Below, one piece after another: positions 31,314 to 40,539 of a DNA stretch of 64,000 bases. The notes under the pieces were generated by a model. It saw only the letters and a list, made by a program, of their open reading frames with translations, was not told the origin of the DNA and did no database searches. The position numbers and the translations under genes are program-made. Origin of the DNA: Candidatus Bipolaricaulota bacterium. GTDB taxonomy: Bacteria > Bipolaricaulota > Bipolaricaulia > M55B111. The stretch is from the NCBI GenBank assembly GCA_018400715.1, contig JAGYME010000002.1, positions 21,374 to 85,373 of the forward strand, written 5' to 3'. Position 1 is the first letter of the stretch. Each line of letters starts with the position of its first letter.

Positions 31314-31899
31314 GATACTTCTAGGTACCAGAAACCCGGGGAAGATAAAAGAGGCCAGAGCGATCCTTGAGACGGAACTTCCCGACTTGGAGATCCTTAC
31401 ATACGAGGAAACCCGGTTCTCGGAGGTTGACGAGGACGGTAGTTCATACGCAGAAAACTCGTTGAAGAAGGCAAAGGAGATAAGCGAGGAGACAGGGTTT
31501 TCCGTATTGAGCGATGACTCAGGCCTCGAGGTCCGAGCCCTGGATGGTGCTCCTGGAGTGCACTCATCACGTTTTTCTGGACCTGATGCGGATGACGAAA
31601 CAAATACCCGGCTTTTGCTGGAGAGGCTCGAGGGGGTCACCGATCGCGAGGCGAGATTCGTGACGGTTGCCACCCTCTATACGCCCTCCGGAAGAAGTTT
31701 TACCACTAGGGGTATCCTTAACGGGCATATCACAACTTCTCCCCGGGGGGATTCTGGGTTCGGATACGACCCGGTATTTGTGCCTAACGGGTTCAAGAGA
31801 ACTCTGGCCCAGCTGGGAGGGAAAACGAAGAACGAGATAAGCCACCGACGGGAGGCCCTGGAAAAGATGACTGAGGTCATCGGCGAGACCCTCAACTAA
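31300..31899 (+). CDS. rdgB: Non-canonical purine NTP pyrophosphatase (RdgB/HAM1 family)
   Basis: [49 protein letters not shown]. Confidence 0.92.
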   Translation: MRTNKILLGTRNPGKIKEARAILETELPDLEILTYEETRFSEVDEDGSSYAENSLKKAKEISEETGFSVLSDDSGLEVRALDGAPGVHSSRFSGPDADDETNTRLLLERLEGVTDREARFVTVATLYTPSGRSFTTRGILNGHITTSPRGDSGFGYDPVFVPNGFKRTLAQLGGKTKNEISHRREALEKMTEVIGETLN

Positions 31900-31951
31900 T
31901 CTTTAACGACCTGGACTCAAGCGTAATTCGGCGACAGCACGGAGGATCGAG

Positions 31952-32368
31952 ATGTCAGCAAAGTTAATCGTCCTATTTACCGCTATACCACTGTTGGAAA
32001 TCGTGTTTCTGGTCAGGATAGGGAAGGCAATAGGGGTATGGTGGACGGCCCTAATCGTGGTTGGTACCGGCGTGGTTGGAGCGCTGCTCGCCAGAAGAGA
32101 AGGGGTTTCCGTCCTGAAGAGAATGCGCGAGAAGTTTCAGGAGGGCCGACTCCCCACCGCCGAGCTAATAGATGGAGCGATATTGCTGATCTCCGGTGCC
32201 TTTCTTCTTACGCCGGGTGTGTTGACTGACTTCATCGGTCTGGCCGGATTAATCCCCTTCACTAGACGCGGAATCAGGCTCTACAGCCAAAAGTGGGTCA
32301 AGAAAGAGTGGGACCTGAAACGACAATCCTACATCAACGTCGATGACGAGGGAACGGAGGAACTCTGA
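31952..32368 (+). CDS. fxsA: FxsA-family cytoplasmic membrane protein
   Basis: LFTAIPLLEIVFLVRIGKAIGVWWT, GALLLISGAFLLTPGVLTDFIGL. Confidence 0.85.
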   Translation: MSAKLIVLFTAIPLLEIVFLVRIGKAIGVWWTALIVVGTGVVGALLARREGVSVLKRMREKFQEGRLPTAELIDGAILLISGAFLLTPGVLTDFIGLAGLIPFTRRGIRLYSQKWVKKEWDLKRQSYINVDDEGTEEL

Positions 32369-33869
32369 CCCACCTGCCGTTTCTCTCTTCGGTCAACGTG
32401 TACGTGGACCGAAAAACCCTCCGCCGGTTCAGCAACCGTTTTATCCAAAAGAGAAATACGAGGTACGCCGCTAAGGCAAAGGAGTTGACCTTTCCCGGAT
32501 CAATTGCGACGAGCGGCACCCGAGACGCCCACTTTAGCCCTAAGATGAAGAGGTCTATGAGCGAAGACGTGACCCACCTTAGCGGACCACCCAGCAGAAT
32601 AAGGTCACCGACCGCGATCGATGCGGCGCTTAGATAAAGGATAACCGTGACTGTGGGAATGGAGAACAGGCTGAGGGGGACCCCCCAGGGATGGACCCGC
32701 TGGAAGTGGAGGGCTATGATGGGCGTAACCCCGAGTTGGGCCCCGAGCGACGCGGCCAGGGTTTCCCTGACGTATCTTGGCTTTATCGGGGCGAGGTTTG
32801 CCTCGATCGGCTCGAATAAGTAGGCTATGGCGAACGTTGCCCCGAAGCTTAGTTGAAAACCGGCTTCGGTAAGAGACGTCGGCTGGAAGAGCAGCAGCAA
32901 TATTGCCGCACCGGTCAGGGAATTGTAGAGGTCGTACCAGCTGGAAAGCACCGCACCCTTGTCGCGGAAGTAGAATCCCGCGCCGGAGAAAAGATAGAGA
33001 ATCGACGCCCGGACGAGAGGTAGTTTAAACCCTACGACCATGAGGTAGGTGAGAAGCAGGGGGAGGCTGAGGAGGTAGGTGGTCTTCTTGGAGAGTCCCA
33101 CCCAGGAGCTGATCAGCCAGCCACCCCCGATGAGAATTCCCAGATGGAGACCGGAGGCCGCAAGTAGATGGGCCAGGCCAGTCTTTTCAAATGCCATCTC
33201 GTCTCCCTCACTGAGGTAGTCTCTCGCGCCAAAGAGAACCGCCTTGATAAATCCTCCGTTCTTCGGGAACAGGTTCTCGATCCTGTTGAAGGTCAGTTTT
33301 CGGATGGACCAGCTCAGAGAGGTAAGGAGGTTCCCTCTGTTCCCGCTGAGCCTGGTCAGGCGGGTGTCATATACTATCCCCCAGACCTTCCTCTTTCTCA
33401 GGTACTCCCGGTAGTTGAACTCCCCTGAAACCTCCGGGACCTGAAAGTCTCCCTCTATGCATAACCGGTCCCCGTAGTCAAGTTCGTATACTTTTTCGGA
33501 GTAGACTTTCAGCTTACCGGGGTAATCTTCTAGTTCAACCGTAAATTCTTGAGCGCCGTCAACGGTCACCGGAAAGTTGGCGACCATCCCCTTGACGTGG
33601 GTGAAATCGGCTATCTTGCGGTAAAGGTTGCCCGGGTCAAAGTACGTCCCGCCCCAACAGGAAATTCCTAACAGGACCGACAGGAAAACGACCGCGATCG
33701 TCCCCGTTTCCTCGCGCGGCCGTTTGCTTTCGAGTCCCAGAAAGCCGAGTCCGGTCACTACAGCAACGGGGCCTATCCAGTAGGGAGGACTCTTCATCCC
33801 GGCTAGTCTTGCTACGGTAATTCCGGTCACCAGCCCCAGAAGGACGGCCAGAAGCGGTCTTCTCTTCAC
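32334..33869 (-). CDS. comEC: ComEC/Rec2-family competence channel protein (no metallo-beta-lactamase domain)
   Basis: N-terminal TMs, an OB-like domain (GDRLCIEGDFQVPE..FNYREYLRKRKVWG), and a polytopic competence domain (LLAASGLHLGIL). It ends at 511 aa. Confidence 0.85.
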   Translation of the reverse strand: MKRRPLLAVLLGLVTGITVARLAGMKSPPYWIGPVAVVTGLGFLGLESKRPREETGTIAVVFLSVLLGISCWGGTYFDPGNLYRKIADFTHVKGMVANFPVTVDGAQEFTVELEDYPGKLKVYSEKVYELDYGDRLCIEGDFQVPEVSGEFNYREYLRKRKVWGIVYDTRLTRLSGNRGNLLTSLSWSIRKLTFNRIENLFPKNGGFIKAVLFGARDYLSEGDEMAFEKTGLAHLLAASGLHLGILIGGGWLISSWVGLSKKTTYLLSLPLLLTYLMVVGFKLPLVRASILYLFSGAGFYFRDKGAVLSSWYDLYNSLTGAAILLLLFQPTSLTEAGFQLSFGATFAIAYLFEPIEANLAPIKPRYVRETLAASLGAQLGVTPIIALHFQRVHPWGVPLSLFSIPTVTVILYLSAASIAVGDLILLGGPLRWVTSSLIDLFILGLKWASRVPLVAIDPGKVNSFALAAYLVFLFWIKRLLNRRRVFRSTYTLTEERNGRWVRVPPFPRHRR

Positions 33870-33999
33870 TTAACTTCACCTAAGTTACCCTATCGGGGAA
33901 TACCTTAATTACCATTAACTGGTTTAACTAAGGGAAGTTTTTTTCGACCTCGTTGTCTTCACCGTCTACCCCTCATAAAATTACCCGGAGCGTGATTAC

Positions 34000-35076
34000 G
34001 TGGAAAACCTGCAAGAACTTAGAAATAAACTGGAAGAGATAAGCGATTACCTGGACGTGGAAAAGCTCCAGGAAGAAATAGAGGGCCTGAAGCGGGAGAT
34101 GAGTGCTCCCGGATTTTGGGACAACCCGGAAAGCGCCAAGGAGACCTCCAAGCTGGCGACGAGAAAGGAGGAGAAGGTCGAGAAGTTTCAGGGCTTAAGC
34201 GAGGAGGTTGAGGACCTGGAGGTGCTCCATGAATTGGCCGAGGAGGAGGAAAACGAAGCGGAGCTTGCCAGACTTGAAGATAAAGTTGAGAAAGTACGCG
34301 CGGAACTGGACGATTTCGAGCTGGAACTGTTCATGGACGGGAAGTTTGACGAGAACGACTGCTACCTGAGCATAAACGCGGGCGCGGGAGGCACCGATGC
34401 CCAGGACTGGGCGGAGATGCTTCTGAGGATGTACACCAGGTGGTTGGAGAAGAAAGGTTTCGTCTACGACTCACTGGGGTTTAGCAAAGGGGAAGAAGCC
34501 GGTATAAAGAGCGTAACCCTGTCAGTTGAGGGCGACCGGGCCTATGGCTACCTTAAAGGGGAAGCAGGGGTCCACCGTCTGGTGAGGATATCCCCGTTCG
34601 ATTCCGCGGGGAGGAGGCATACGTCATTCGCTTCCATCAGCGTAACCCCCGAATTCGAGGAGGATACAGAGGTTGAGATAGATCAGAACGATCTACGAAT
34701 AGATACGTACCGCTCGAGCGGAGCTGGCGGTCAGCACGTAAACGTGACCGACTCAGCGGTAAGGATTACCCACGAACCGACGGGAATCGTCGCTACCTGT
34801 CAGAACGAGAGGAGTCAGCACAAGAACAGGGAGACGGCGATGAAGATACTGCGGTCCCGTCTCTACCAGTTAAAGCTCGAGAAGAGGGCGGAGAAGTTAG
34901 ACGAGATTCAGGGGGAGCTCAAGGACATTGAGTGGGGTAGTCAGATTCGCTCCTACGTACTCCATCCCTATCAGAAGATAAAGGACCATAGGACGGATGT
35001 CGAGGTCGGTAATACCGATGCCGTCCTCGACGGGGAGCTGGACCAGTTTATTCACGCGTACCTGAAGACGACGTAG
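34000..35076 (+). CDS. prfB: Peptide chain release factor 2 (contiguous ORF, no +1 frameshift site)
   Basis: SPF tripeptide (RISPFDS) and GGQ (SSGAGGQHVN). GTG start. The N-terminus aligns through the usual frameshift position without interruption. Confidence 0.95.
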   Translation: MENLQELRNKLEEISDYLDVEKLQEEIEGLKREMSAPGFWDNPESAKETSKLATRKEEKVEKFQGLSEEVEDLEVLHELAEEEENEAELARLEDKVEKVRAELDDFELELFMDGKFDENDCYLSINAGAGGTDAQDWAEMLLRMYTRWLEKKGFVYDSLGFSKGEEAGIKSVTLSVEGDRAYGYLKGEAGVHRLVRISPFDSAGRRHTSFASISVTPEFEEDTEVEIDQNDLRIDTYRSSGAGGQHVNVTDSAVRITHEPTGIVATCQNERSQHKNRETAMKILRSRLYQLKLEKRAEKLDEIQGELKDIEWGSQIRSYVLHPYQKIKDHRTDVEVGNTDAVLDGELDQFIHAYLKTT

Positions 35077-35546
35077 GTTAATGGGGTAGCGGGTTAAAGA
35101 GTTGACTAGTTGATTGGTTAATTGGTTAATTGGTAATGCGTAATGAGTAACGGGTAATGGGAGGTATCCGGTATCCGTTTCAGGATGTAGGATTTGGGGG
35201 TTAGGGGTTAGGATTCAGGATTCAGGATGTAGGATAAGGGTTGACCGGTGAGCGGGCGTTGGCGGGGTTAACGAAGTACCAGGTATCCGGTACCAGTTTT
35301 TCGGTGTGAGAGGTCGAGGTCTTTGGCGATAGCCACGGGTTCGCGGGTTAACTAGTTAATGGGTGAATTGGTTAATTGGGTAGCGGGTAAGGGGGGCAGG
35401 ATCTAGGATTTAGGGATTAGGATTTGGGTGAGCGGGAGATGAGTTAATGGGTTAATGCGAGCCGTGAAATTGTTTTGACGCGTGACGCTCGACACACGAC
35501 ACGTGACGCTGAAACGGCGAACGGATTTTGACTGCGGACTGAAAAC
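35077..35546 (+). repeat. C-depleted non-coding tract of degenerate 7-nt tandem repeats (TAAT-type, GGTATCC, AGGAT-type) with a two-fold higher-order repeat
   Basis: No ORF on either strand. There are heptamer runs GGTTAAT/GGTAATG and CAGGATG/TAGGATT, ten NGGAT motifs on the + strand in two clusters, and the block order repeats at 35341-35436. Confidence 0.8.
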
Positions 35547-35584
35547 TGAAAAAGAAAAAGGGGCCGCCGGTTAAGGCAGCCCCT
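35547..35584 (-). terminator. Rho-independent terminator of the peptide-ABC operon (possibly bidirectional)
   Basis: AGGGGCCGCC-ggttaa-GGCAGCCCCT hairpin (9 of 10 pairs), followed on the minus strand by TTTTTCTTTTTCAGTTTTC. Confidence 0.7.
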
Positions 35585-35616
35585 ATTGTTATCCTGCTCC
35601 CTAATTTAAGCTTACG

Positions 35617-37167
35617 CTATTCCTTCCAGATCATCGGAACGTGGATGTCCATGGTCTGGTCTACGTAGGCGTTCATGACGTTTTCCTGGGTAACTACGTA
35701 TGCCTGTGCCATGTTGGACCAGAGCGGTATCCACATTATGTCCTCTGTGCTGAGGATTTGTAGGGACTCGTACAGCGCGGACCGTTTTTCGATGTCGGGC
35801 GTGGCCTTTGCCGTGTCCATGATCTTTACGTACGCGTCGTAGTTCGGGTGGTGGTTGAAGAACGTACCGAGTCCTTCCGGCGACTCCGTCGTCCACGGAG
35901 CGATGAAGTTACTCGCTTCGAGGTAGTCAGGGTACCAGCCGAGGAAGAACATGCCGAAACCACCCTGGGACATCTGTTCGGTGTAAGCGCCCCACTCGAG
36001 TGACTTGACCGTTACGTCCATGTTTGACAGCGAGTTAAGGCTACCCTGGACAACAGCGGCTACGTCCGCTTCCGTTGTTCCGTAGTGCTTCGGTGAGAAC
36101 CACAGTACCGCTTCCAGCGGGTTGTCCGCGGTGTAACCGGCGCTTTCCAGCAGCGCTTCTGACTTGGCGACGTCCTGCTTGGGGAACGTCGGGAGGGAGC
36201 CAGCCCATCCTTCTGGTACCATCGTGTATATGGGCTTCCCAACTCCACTGAATACCTGGTCGACGATCTCTTCCCTGTTGACCGCGTAGCTTACCGCCTT
36301 ACGTACCCGCTCGTCGCTGAACTGCTCGTGAGTGACGTTGAACAGCAGGTAACGCACGCTGGGACTTACTGCCGCGTGCGACGTCTTCAGGGCCGATTCC
36401 TTTTCTAGCTGGACGAGGTCGACCGGGTTGAGCGTCCGGAACGCAATGTCGATATTTCCGGACTCAATGGCGCTTCTGAGCTGGGCGGACTGGGTGTACT
36501 TGAGTTCAATGACGTTCTTTGTCTTGGCGTTTTCGCCGTAGTAATCCTCGTATGCTTCGTAAACGACTGACTGGTCAGGCGTGAAGCTCTTCAGGGTGTA
36601 TGGACCAACGCCGGCGAACTCGCCCTTGGCAAATTTGTCAGCAGGAGTGCTCTTCGGACTAAAGATGAGAGCAGGTCCAATCTGACCGGTCATCCGCTTC
36701 AAGAAAGTAGCGTCGGGTGACTTGAGCGTGATCTTTACCGTGTATTCATCGAGTACCTCGATCGTGTCGATCATCTTGATCAGCCCGACCCCACCCTCGG
36801 GTCCGTCTAAGCGTAACGCGCGTTCCAGAGACCACTTTACCGCTTCCGCGTTTACCGGTTCTCCGTCCGTGAACGTGGCGTCCTCGACCAAGTGGAAGGT
36901 GTATACCTGCGCGTCGGGGCCGACCTCCCATTCCCTGGCCAGTGCGGGAGCTACTTCGTCGGTCTTCGGCTTGATTTTCAGCAGAGCATCACTGCACATC
37001 CGCAGGACGTGCCAGGAATAGTGGTCATAAGAGTTGGCGGGTGACAGCTGGGTTACTCGGTCCGTCGTCCCCATAACCAGGGTGTCTTCGTCGTTCTGTG
37101 CAAAACCTACTAAGGAGAGACCTAACAGCAACAATCCAATTAAAGCTAGAACGCTAACTTTTTTCAT
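35617..37167 (-). CDS. Peptide/nickel ABC transporter substrate-binding protein (family 5)
   Basis: 516 aa with an N-terminal signal peptide. Family-5 SBP features (YTFHLVEDATFTDGEPVNAEAVKWSLER), adjacent to the permease genes. Confidence 0.9.
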   Translation of the reverse strand: MKKVSVLALIGLLLLGLSLVGFAQNDEDTLVMGTTDRVTQLSPANSYDHYSWHVLRMCSDALLKIKPKTDEVAPALAREWEVGPDAQVYTFHLVEDATFTDGEPVNAEAVKWSLERALRLDGPEGGVGLIKMIDTIEVLDEYTVKITLKSPDATFLKRMTGQIGPALIFSPKSTPADKFAKGEFAGVGPYTLKSFTPDQSVVYEAYEDYYGENAKTKNVIELKYTQSAQLRSAIESGNIDIAFRTLNPVDLVQLEKESALKTSHAAVSPSVRYLLFNVTHEQFSDERVRKAVSYAVNREEIVDQVFSGVGKPIYTMVPEGWAGSLPTFPKQDVAKSEALLESAGYTADNPLEAVLWFSPKHYGTTEADVAAVVQGSLNSLSNMDVTVKSLEWGAYTEQMSQGGFGMFFLGWYPDYLEASNFIAPWTTESPEGLGTFFNHHPNYDAYVKIMDTAKATPDIEKRSALYESLQILSTEDIMWIPLWSNMAQAYVVTQENVMNAYVDQTMDIHVPMIWKE

Positions 37168-37277
37168 TTTTACCTCCAGTTTTTAGGTAAAAGCTTGGTT
37201 TCCTACTTTTACGTAGTAGAGACTTGCTTTTTAATTTCCGGGGTCGAACCACCTCCAGTTATATAATCCACTCTGAC

Positions 37278-38150
37278 TTACGCTTTCTTTCTTTTTCTCT
37301 TTGGGTTGAGTAGGTCACTTACTCCTTCCCCGATTAGTCCGAAGCCAAGCGAGAGGATAATTATCATGATCCCCGGGAACGTAACTAGCCACCAGAAACC
37401 ACTCTGCAGGAACTTTTGTCCGTTCTGGATGTCAAATCCCCAGTCCGGCGTCGGAGGTGGCAGTCCGTAACCGAGGTAGGAAAGAGAAGCCTCTGTTAGG
37501 ATCGCGTCAGCGATGTTAAAAGATGATACAGCCATAATTGCGTTGACGACGTTCGGAGCGATGTGTTTGAACAATATCCTGAATCCGCTTGCGCCCATGG
37601 CGTTTACCGCCTCGACAAAGGTCTCTTCTCTAATCGTCAATACTTCACTCCGCGTAACGCGGAAGTAAGTCGGGATGTAAACTATCGATATGGCAAATAT
37701 CATCGTGTCCACGCCTGGTTCAAGGACGGCGACCAATACGATCGCCAGGATTATCGAAGGAAACGAATAGAGGGCGTCCATAGTTACCGAGAGTAGCCGG
37801 TCGACTACGGACCCGACGTATCCGGATACCAAGCCCAGGATGGTCCCCACGCTCATCGATAGGGCAATTGAGCCGAAAGCAACGACAAGCGGAGCGCGAG
37901 CGCCGTTTAGCACCCTCGAGAAGACGTCCCTTCTGAGTTGGTCAGTCCCCATTGGGTGTGCAAGAGTCGGTGGGCTAAGTCGTGGGGCACTCCTGTAAGT
38001 AATCGGGTCATACGGGGCGATATAAGGTGCCAGTATTGAAACGATTATGAAAAGCAACACGACGACCAGCCCGACGGCGAGCAATTTCTCCCGCTTGAGT
38101 ATTGGTGAAAGCTTCGTTAAGCCGTCAAGTATCTTCTTTGTAAACAACAT
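37278..38150 (-). CDS. Peptide ABC transporter permease (OppC/DppC type)
   Basis: Six TMs. Binding-protein-dependent transport signature EAVNAMGASGFRILFKHIAPN. Confidence 0.9.
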   Translation of the reverse strand: MLFTKKILDGLTKLSPILKREKLLAVGLVVVLLFIIVSILAPYIAPYDPITYRSAPRLSPPTLAHPMGTDQLRRDVFSRVLNGARAPLVVAFGSIALSMSVGTILGLVSGYVGSVVDRLLSVTMDALYSFPSIILAIVLVAVLEPGVDTMIFAISIVYIPTYFRVTRSEVLTIREETFVEAVNAMGASGFRILFKHIAPNVVNAIMAVSSFNIADAILTEASLSYLGYGLPPPTPDWGFDIQNGQKFLQSGFWWLVTFPGIMIIILSLGFGLIGEGVSDLLNPKRKRKKA

Positions 38151-38157
38151 CTAGTCG

Positions 38158-39177
38158 TTAATACCTCACTCTTGGGTCAAGCTGTGCGTAGAGGACGTCA
38201 ACGATCAAATTTATGGCGGAGATGAAGATCGCGATGAAGATAATCGTTCCCTGGATTGCCGGGTAGTCACGGGCGTCGACACTTCGGATCAGGAATCGTG
38301 CGATCCCCGGCCAGGAATATACGGTCTCGGTCAGGACTGCTCCACCCATGAGAATGGCGAACTGTAATCCGAGCACGGTCACGATTGGAATCATCGCGTT
38401 CCTCAGGGCGTGTTTGAACACAACTATCCTTTCGGCCAATCCTTTGGCGCGGGCCGTTTTCACGTAGTCGAGGTCGATGATCTCCAGCATGTTTGCCCTG
38501 CTCATCCTTCCCAGCAACCCGGCCTGGATGATCCCTAAGGTTAAGGCCGGGAGCGTCAAATGTTTTAACGTCTCGATCAGCAAGTCAAGCCTGCCTTTGA
38601 TGATGGTGTCAATTACGTAAAACTTGGTTACTGGTTGAAACATCGCCATCGACAGTGCGCCCAACCTATTGCCTACGGGCAGCCAGCCCAGGTAAACGGC
38701 GAAGACTATTTGGAACATGAGACCCATCCAGAAGAGGGGGACGGCAAAGGCACCGATGTGAAAGATCCTCAATCCGTGATCAATAAGGGTGTCGCTCTTT
38801 ACCGCAGCCCACACTCCAGTACCGACACCCAAAATCAGGGCGATAAACATGCCCCAGAAGGCCAATTCCAGGGTTGCGGGAAACCGGGAAAATATTTCGT
38901 GGAGCACGGGCTTATCCGTTCGTAAGGATTTTCCAAAATCCCCCCTGAAGATTCCAGCCAAGTAGTCTATGTACTGTTCATGTATTGGCTTGTCGAACCC
39001 TAACTCAGCCCTCTTCCTCTCGATTAATTCCTTGCTGACGTTACGCCCGCCGAGCATCGCTTGGACGGGGTCTCCCGGAATGACGCGAAGGAGGATAAAG
39101 ACAATCGTAATGAGGACGAATAGCATAGGAATAGTAGTTGCCAGTCTCTTAACGATATAGGCACCGAGGTTGTTCAT
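38158..39177 (-). CDS. Peptide ABC transporter permease (OppB/DppB type)
   Basis: IVKRLATTIPMLFVLITIVFILLRVIPGDP N-terminus, and YVKTARAKGLAERIVVFKHALRNA EAA loop. Confidence 0.9.
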   Translation of the reverse strand: MNNLGAYIVKRLATTIPMLFVLITIVFILLRVIPGDPVQAMLGGRNVSKELIERKRAELGFDKPIHEQYIDYLAGIFRGDFGKSLRTDKPVLHEIFSRFPATLELAFWGMFIALILGVGTGVWAAVKSDTLIDHGLRIFHIGAFAVPLFWMGLMFQIVFAVYLGWLPVGNRLGALSMAMFQPVTKFYVIDTIIKGRLDLLIETLKHLTLPALTLGIIQAGLLGRMSRANMLEIIDLDYVKTARAKGLAERIVVFKHALRNAMIPIVTVLGLQFAILMGGAVLTETVYSWPGIARFLIRSVDARDYPAIQGTIIFIAIFISAINLIVDVLYAQLDPRVRY

Positions 39178-39309
39178 CTCTCACTCCTCGAGGGTTTTTC
39201 TCTGTGATAAAGAGTACTGCGACATGCGCCGTGAGTTTTCCAGTATCAGCATTGGTATTTTGAATTATAGTTTGAATAGTAAATTATTTCAAAATAAAAG
39301 TTCTTATGT

Positions 39310-40539
39310 TTAACAATGTAAACTATTTCTCAGGAGGTCCATAAATCTTTTTTTGATGGACTCAAGTGGGTTTCGCTCCTCCCTTTCCCCGGTCGGCCTC
39401 TTCCTCTCCATGACCCTGGTCCCCTTGAGCAATAGCCCAATCGGGTTTGCATAGACGGGGTTGTTCAGGATGTCCTGGAGGCCAACGACCCTTGGGGACG
39501 TTACCCCCACGCGAGCCGTGAAATCATATCTCTCCTCCAGAAATCCCCCCAGGCGGGGGATCTTGGCCGTGCCCCCAATCAGGGTGACTCCGGCCTCCCT
39601 AAACTCCGCACCTTCAAGTTCATCAACCGATTCCAACGCCATGTCGAAGGTCTCCTTGACCCTTGATGAAATAACCTCTTGGACCTCCCCGCGGGTGACC
39701 TTCCTGCTCTGACCGGAGAAATCCTCGAACTCGAGATTCCTCTCGGCGTTCTTATGGTCCCTCAGGCCGAGCGTACGTTTGATCCTTTCCGCGTCCTTTC
39801 TCTCTACGTTCAACTTGGCCTGCAAATCTCCGGTGATCTGCTTCCCGCCTACGGGGATAGACTTCCAGTTGACCAGGTCCTCTCCCCTGTAAACTGAGGT
39901 GACGGTAGAATTGTATCCCAGATCGAAAATCACCCTTCCGTCGTGCGGGCCGGAAACCCTGCTAAAGAAACTTCCCAGTGCCCAGGTAGTGGGGATGATT
40001 AGTGCAACCGATAGGCCCGCATCCTCTGCCATTGCTTCAACCACCTCGACGATTCTAGATGGCGCCGAGAGTAACTCCACGGTAACGTCCAACCTGGTGC
40101 CGTACAACCCGACTGGGTTGCTAACCCCGCCTTGGCCGTCCAGAGCGTAACCTCTTGGTTCTACCGATAGCGTCCGTCTTCCGAAGCCGGTCTCGAAAGT
40201 GGCCAGATCGAGGACCCGTTCCACGTCTCTCTCTCCGACCGGGCGGTCCTCGTCGGGGATCGAGACGGTGGCATCCTGGAGTTTCAGGCTGAATGAATCT
40301 CCGCCGATTCCAAACAAAAACGAGGTTAGGGACGTCTCCGCCATCTCGTTGGCACTCTTCACGGCACCGTGGACCGCCTCAGAGGCCTGTCCTGGTTTAT
40401 CCGTGACGTGAAAACTTGGACACTCGTAATTTACCTTGCCAACTCCGATTACGTGAATCGTTCCCGAACTATCTATCTCTCCAACCAGCGCCTTGATCGA
40501 ACTCGTACCAAGGTCGATTACCCCGATCCTTCGGGACAT
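39310..40539 (-). CDS. ftsA: Cell-division actin-like ATPase FtsA
   Basis: IGVIDLGTSSIKALVGE phosphate-1 motif, IPVGGKQITGDLQ, VTLIGGTAKIPRLGGFLE, and a C-terminal amphipathic helix SIKKRFMDLLRN. Start taken at MSRRIGV (40539) rather than the ORF-track 40602. Confidence 0.8.
   Translation of the reverse strand: MSRRIGVIDLGTSSIKALVGEIDSSGTIHVIGVGKVNYECPSFHVTDKPGQASEAVHGAVKSANEMAETSLTSFLFGIGGDSFSLKLQDATVSIPDEDRPVGERDVERVLDLATFETGFGRRTLSVEPRGYALDGQGGVSNPVGLYGTRLDVTVELLSAPSRIVEVVEAMAEDAGLSVALIIPTTWALGSFFSRVSGPHDGRVIFDLGYNSTVTSVYRGEDLVNWKSIPVGGKQITGDLQAKLNVERKDAERIKRTLGLRDHKNAERNLEFEDFSGQSRKVTRGEVQEVISSRVKETFDMALESVDELEGAEFREAGVTLIGGTAKIPRLGGFLEERYDFTARVGVTSPRVVGLQDILNNPVYANPIGLLLKGTRVMERKRPTGEREERNPLESIKKRFMDLLRNSLHC

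Noticed and set aside
34000-35076. prfB lacks the programmed +1 frameshift.
   Set aside because: The ORF is contiguous and the N-terminus aligns across the usual CUU UGA site. A substantial minority of bacteria have unframeshifted prfB, so this is not unusual.
35077-35546. Possible CRISPR array, or telomere-like repeat (TTAGGGGTTAGG at ~35199-35212).
   Set aside because: The units are only 7 nt, degenerate, and lack spacers, so this is not CRISPR. The telomere-like hexamer occurs only about twice, is internal to the contig, and is one variant among many heptamers.
35612-35896. A 94-aa minus-strand ORF at the edge of the repeat tract.
   Set aside because: It is an alternate frame of the 3' end of the peptide-binding-protein gene and is Arg/His/Gly-rich. 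It is not an independent gene.
29256-39177. The peptide ABC transporter is split into an ATPase pair (29.3-31.3 kb, + strand) and a permease/binding-protein operon (35.6-39.2 kb, minus strand).
   Set aside because: Dispersed Opp/Dpp components and multiple paralogous systems are common. Nothing shows these two units even belong together.
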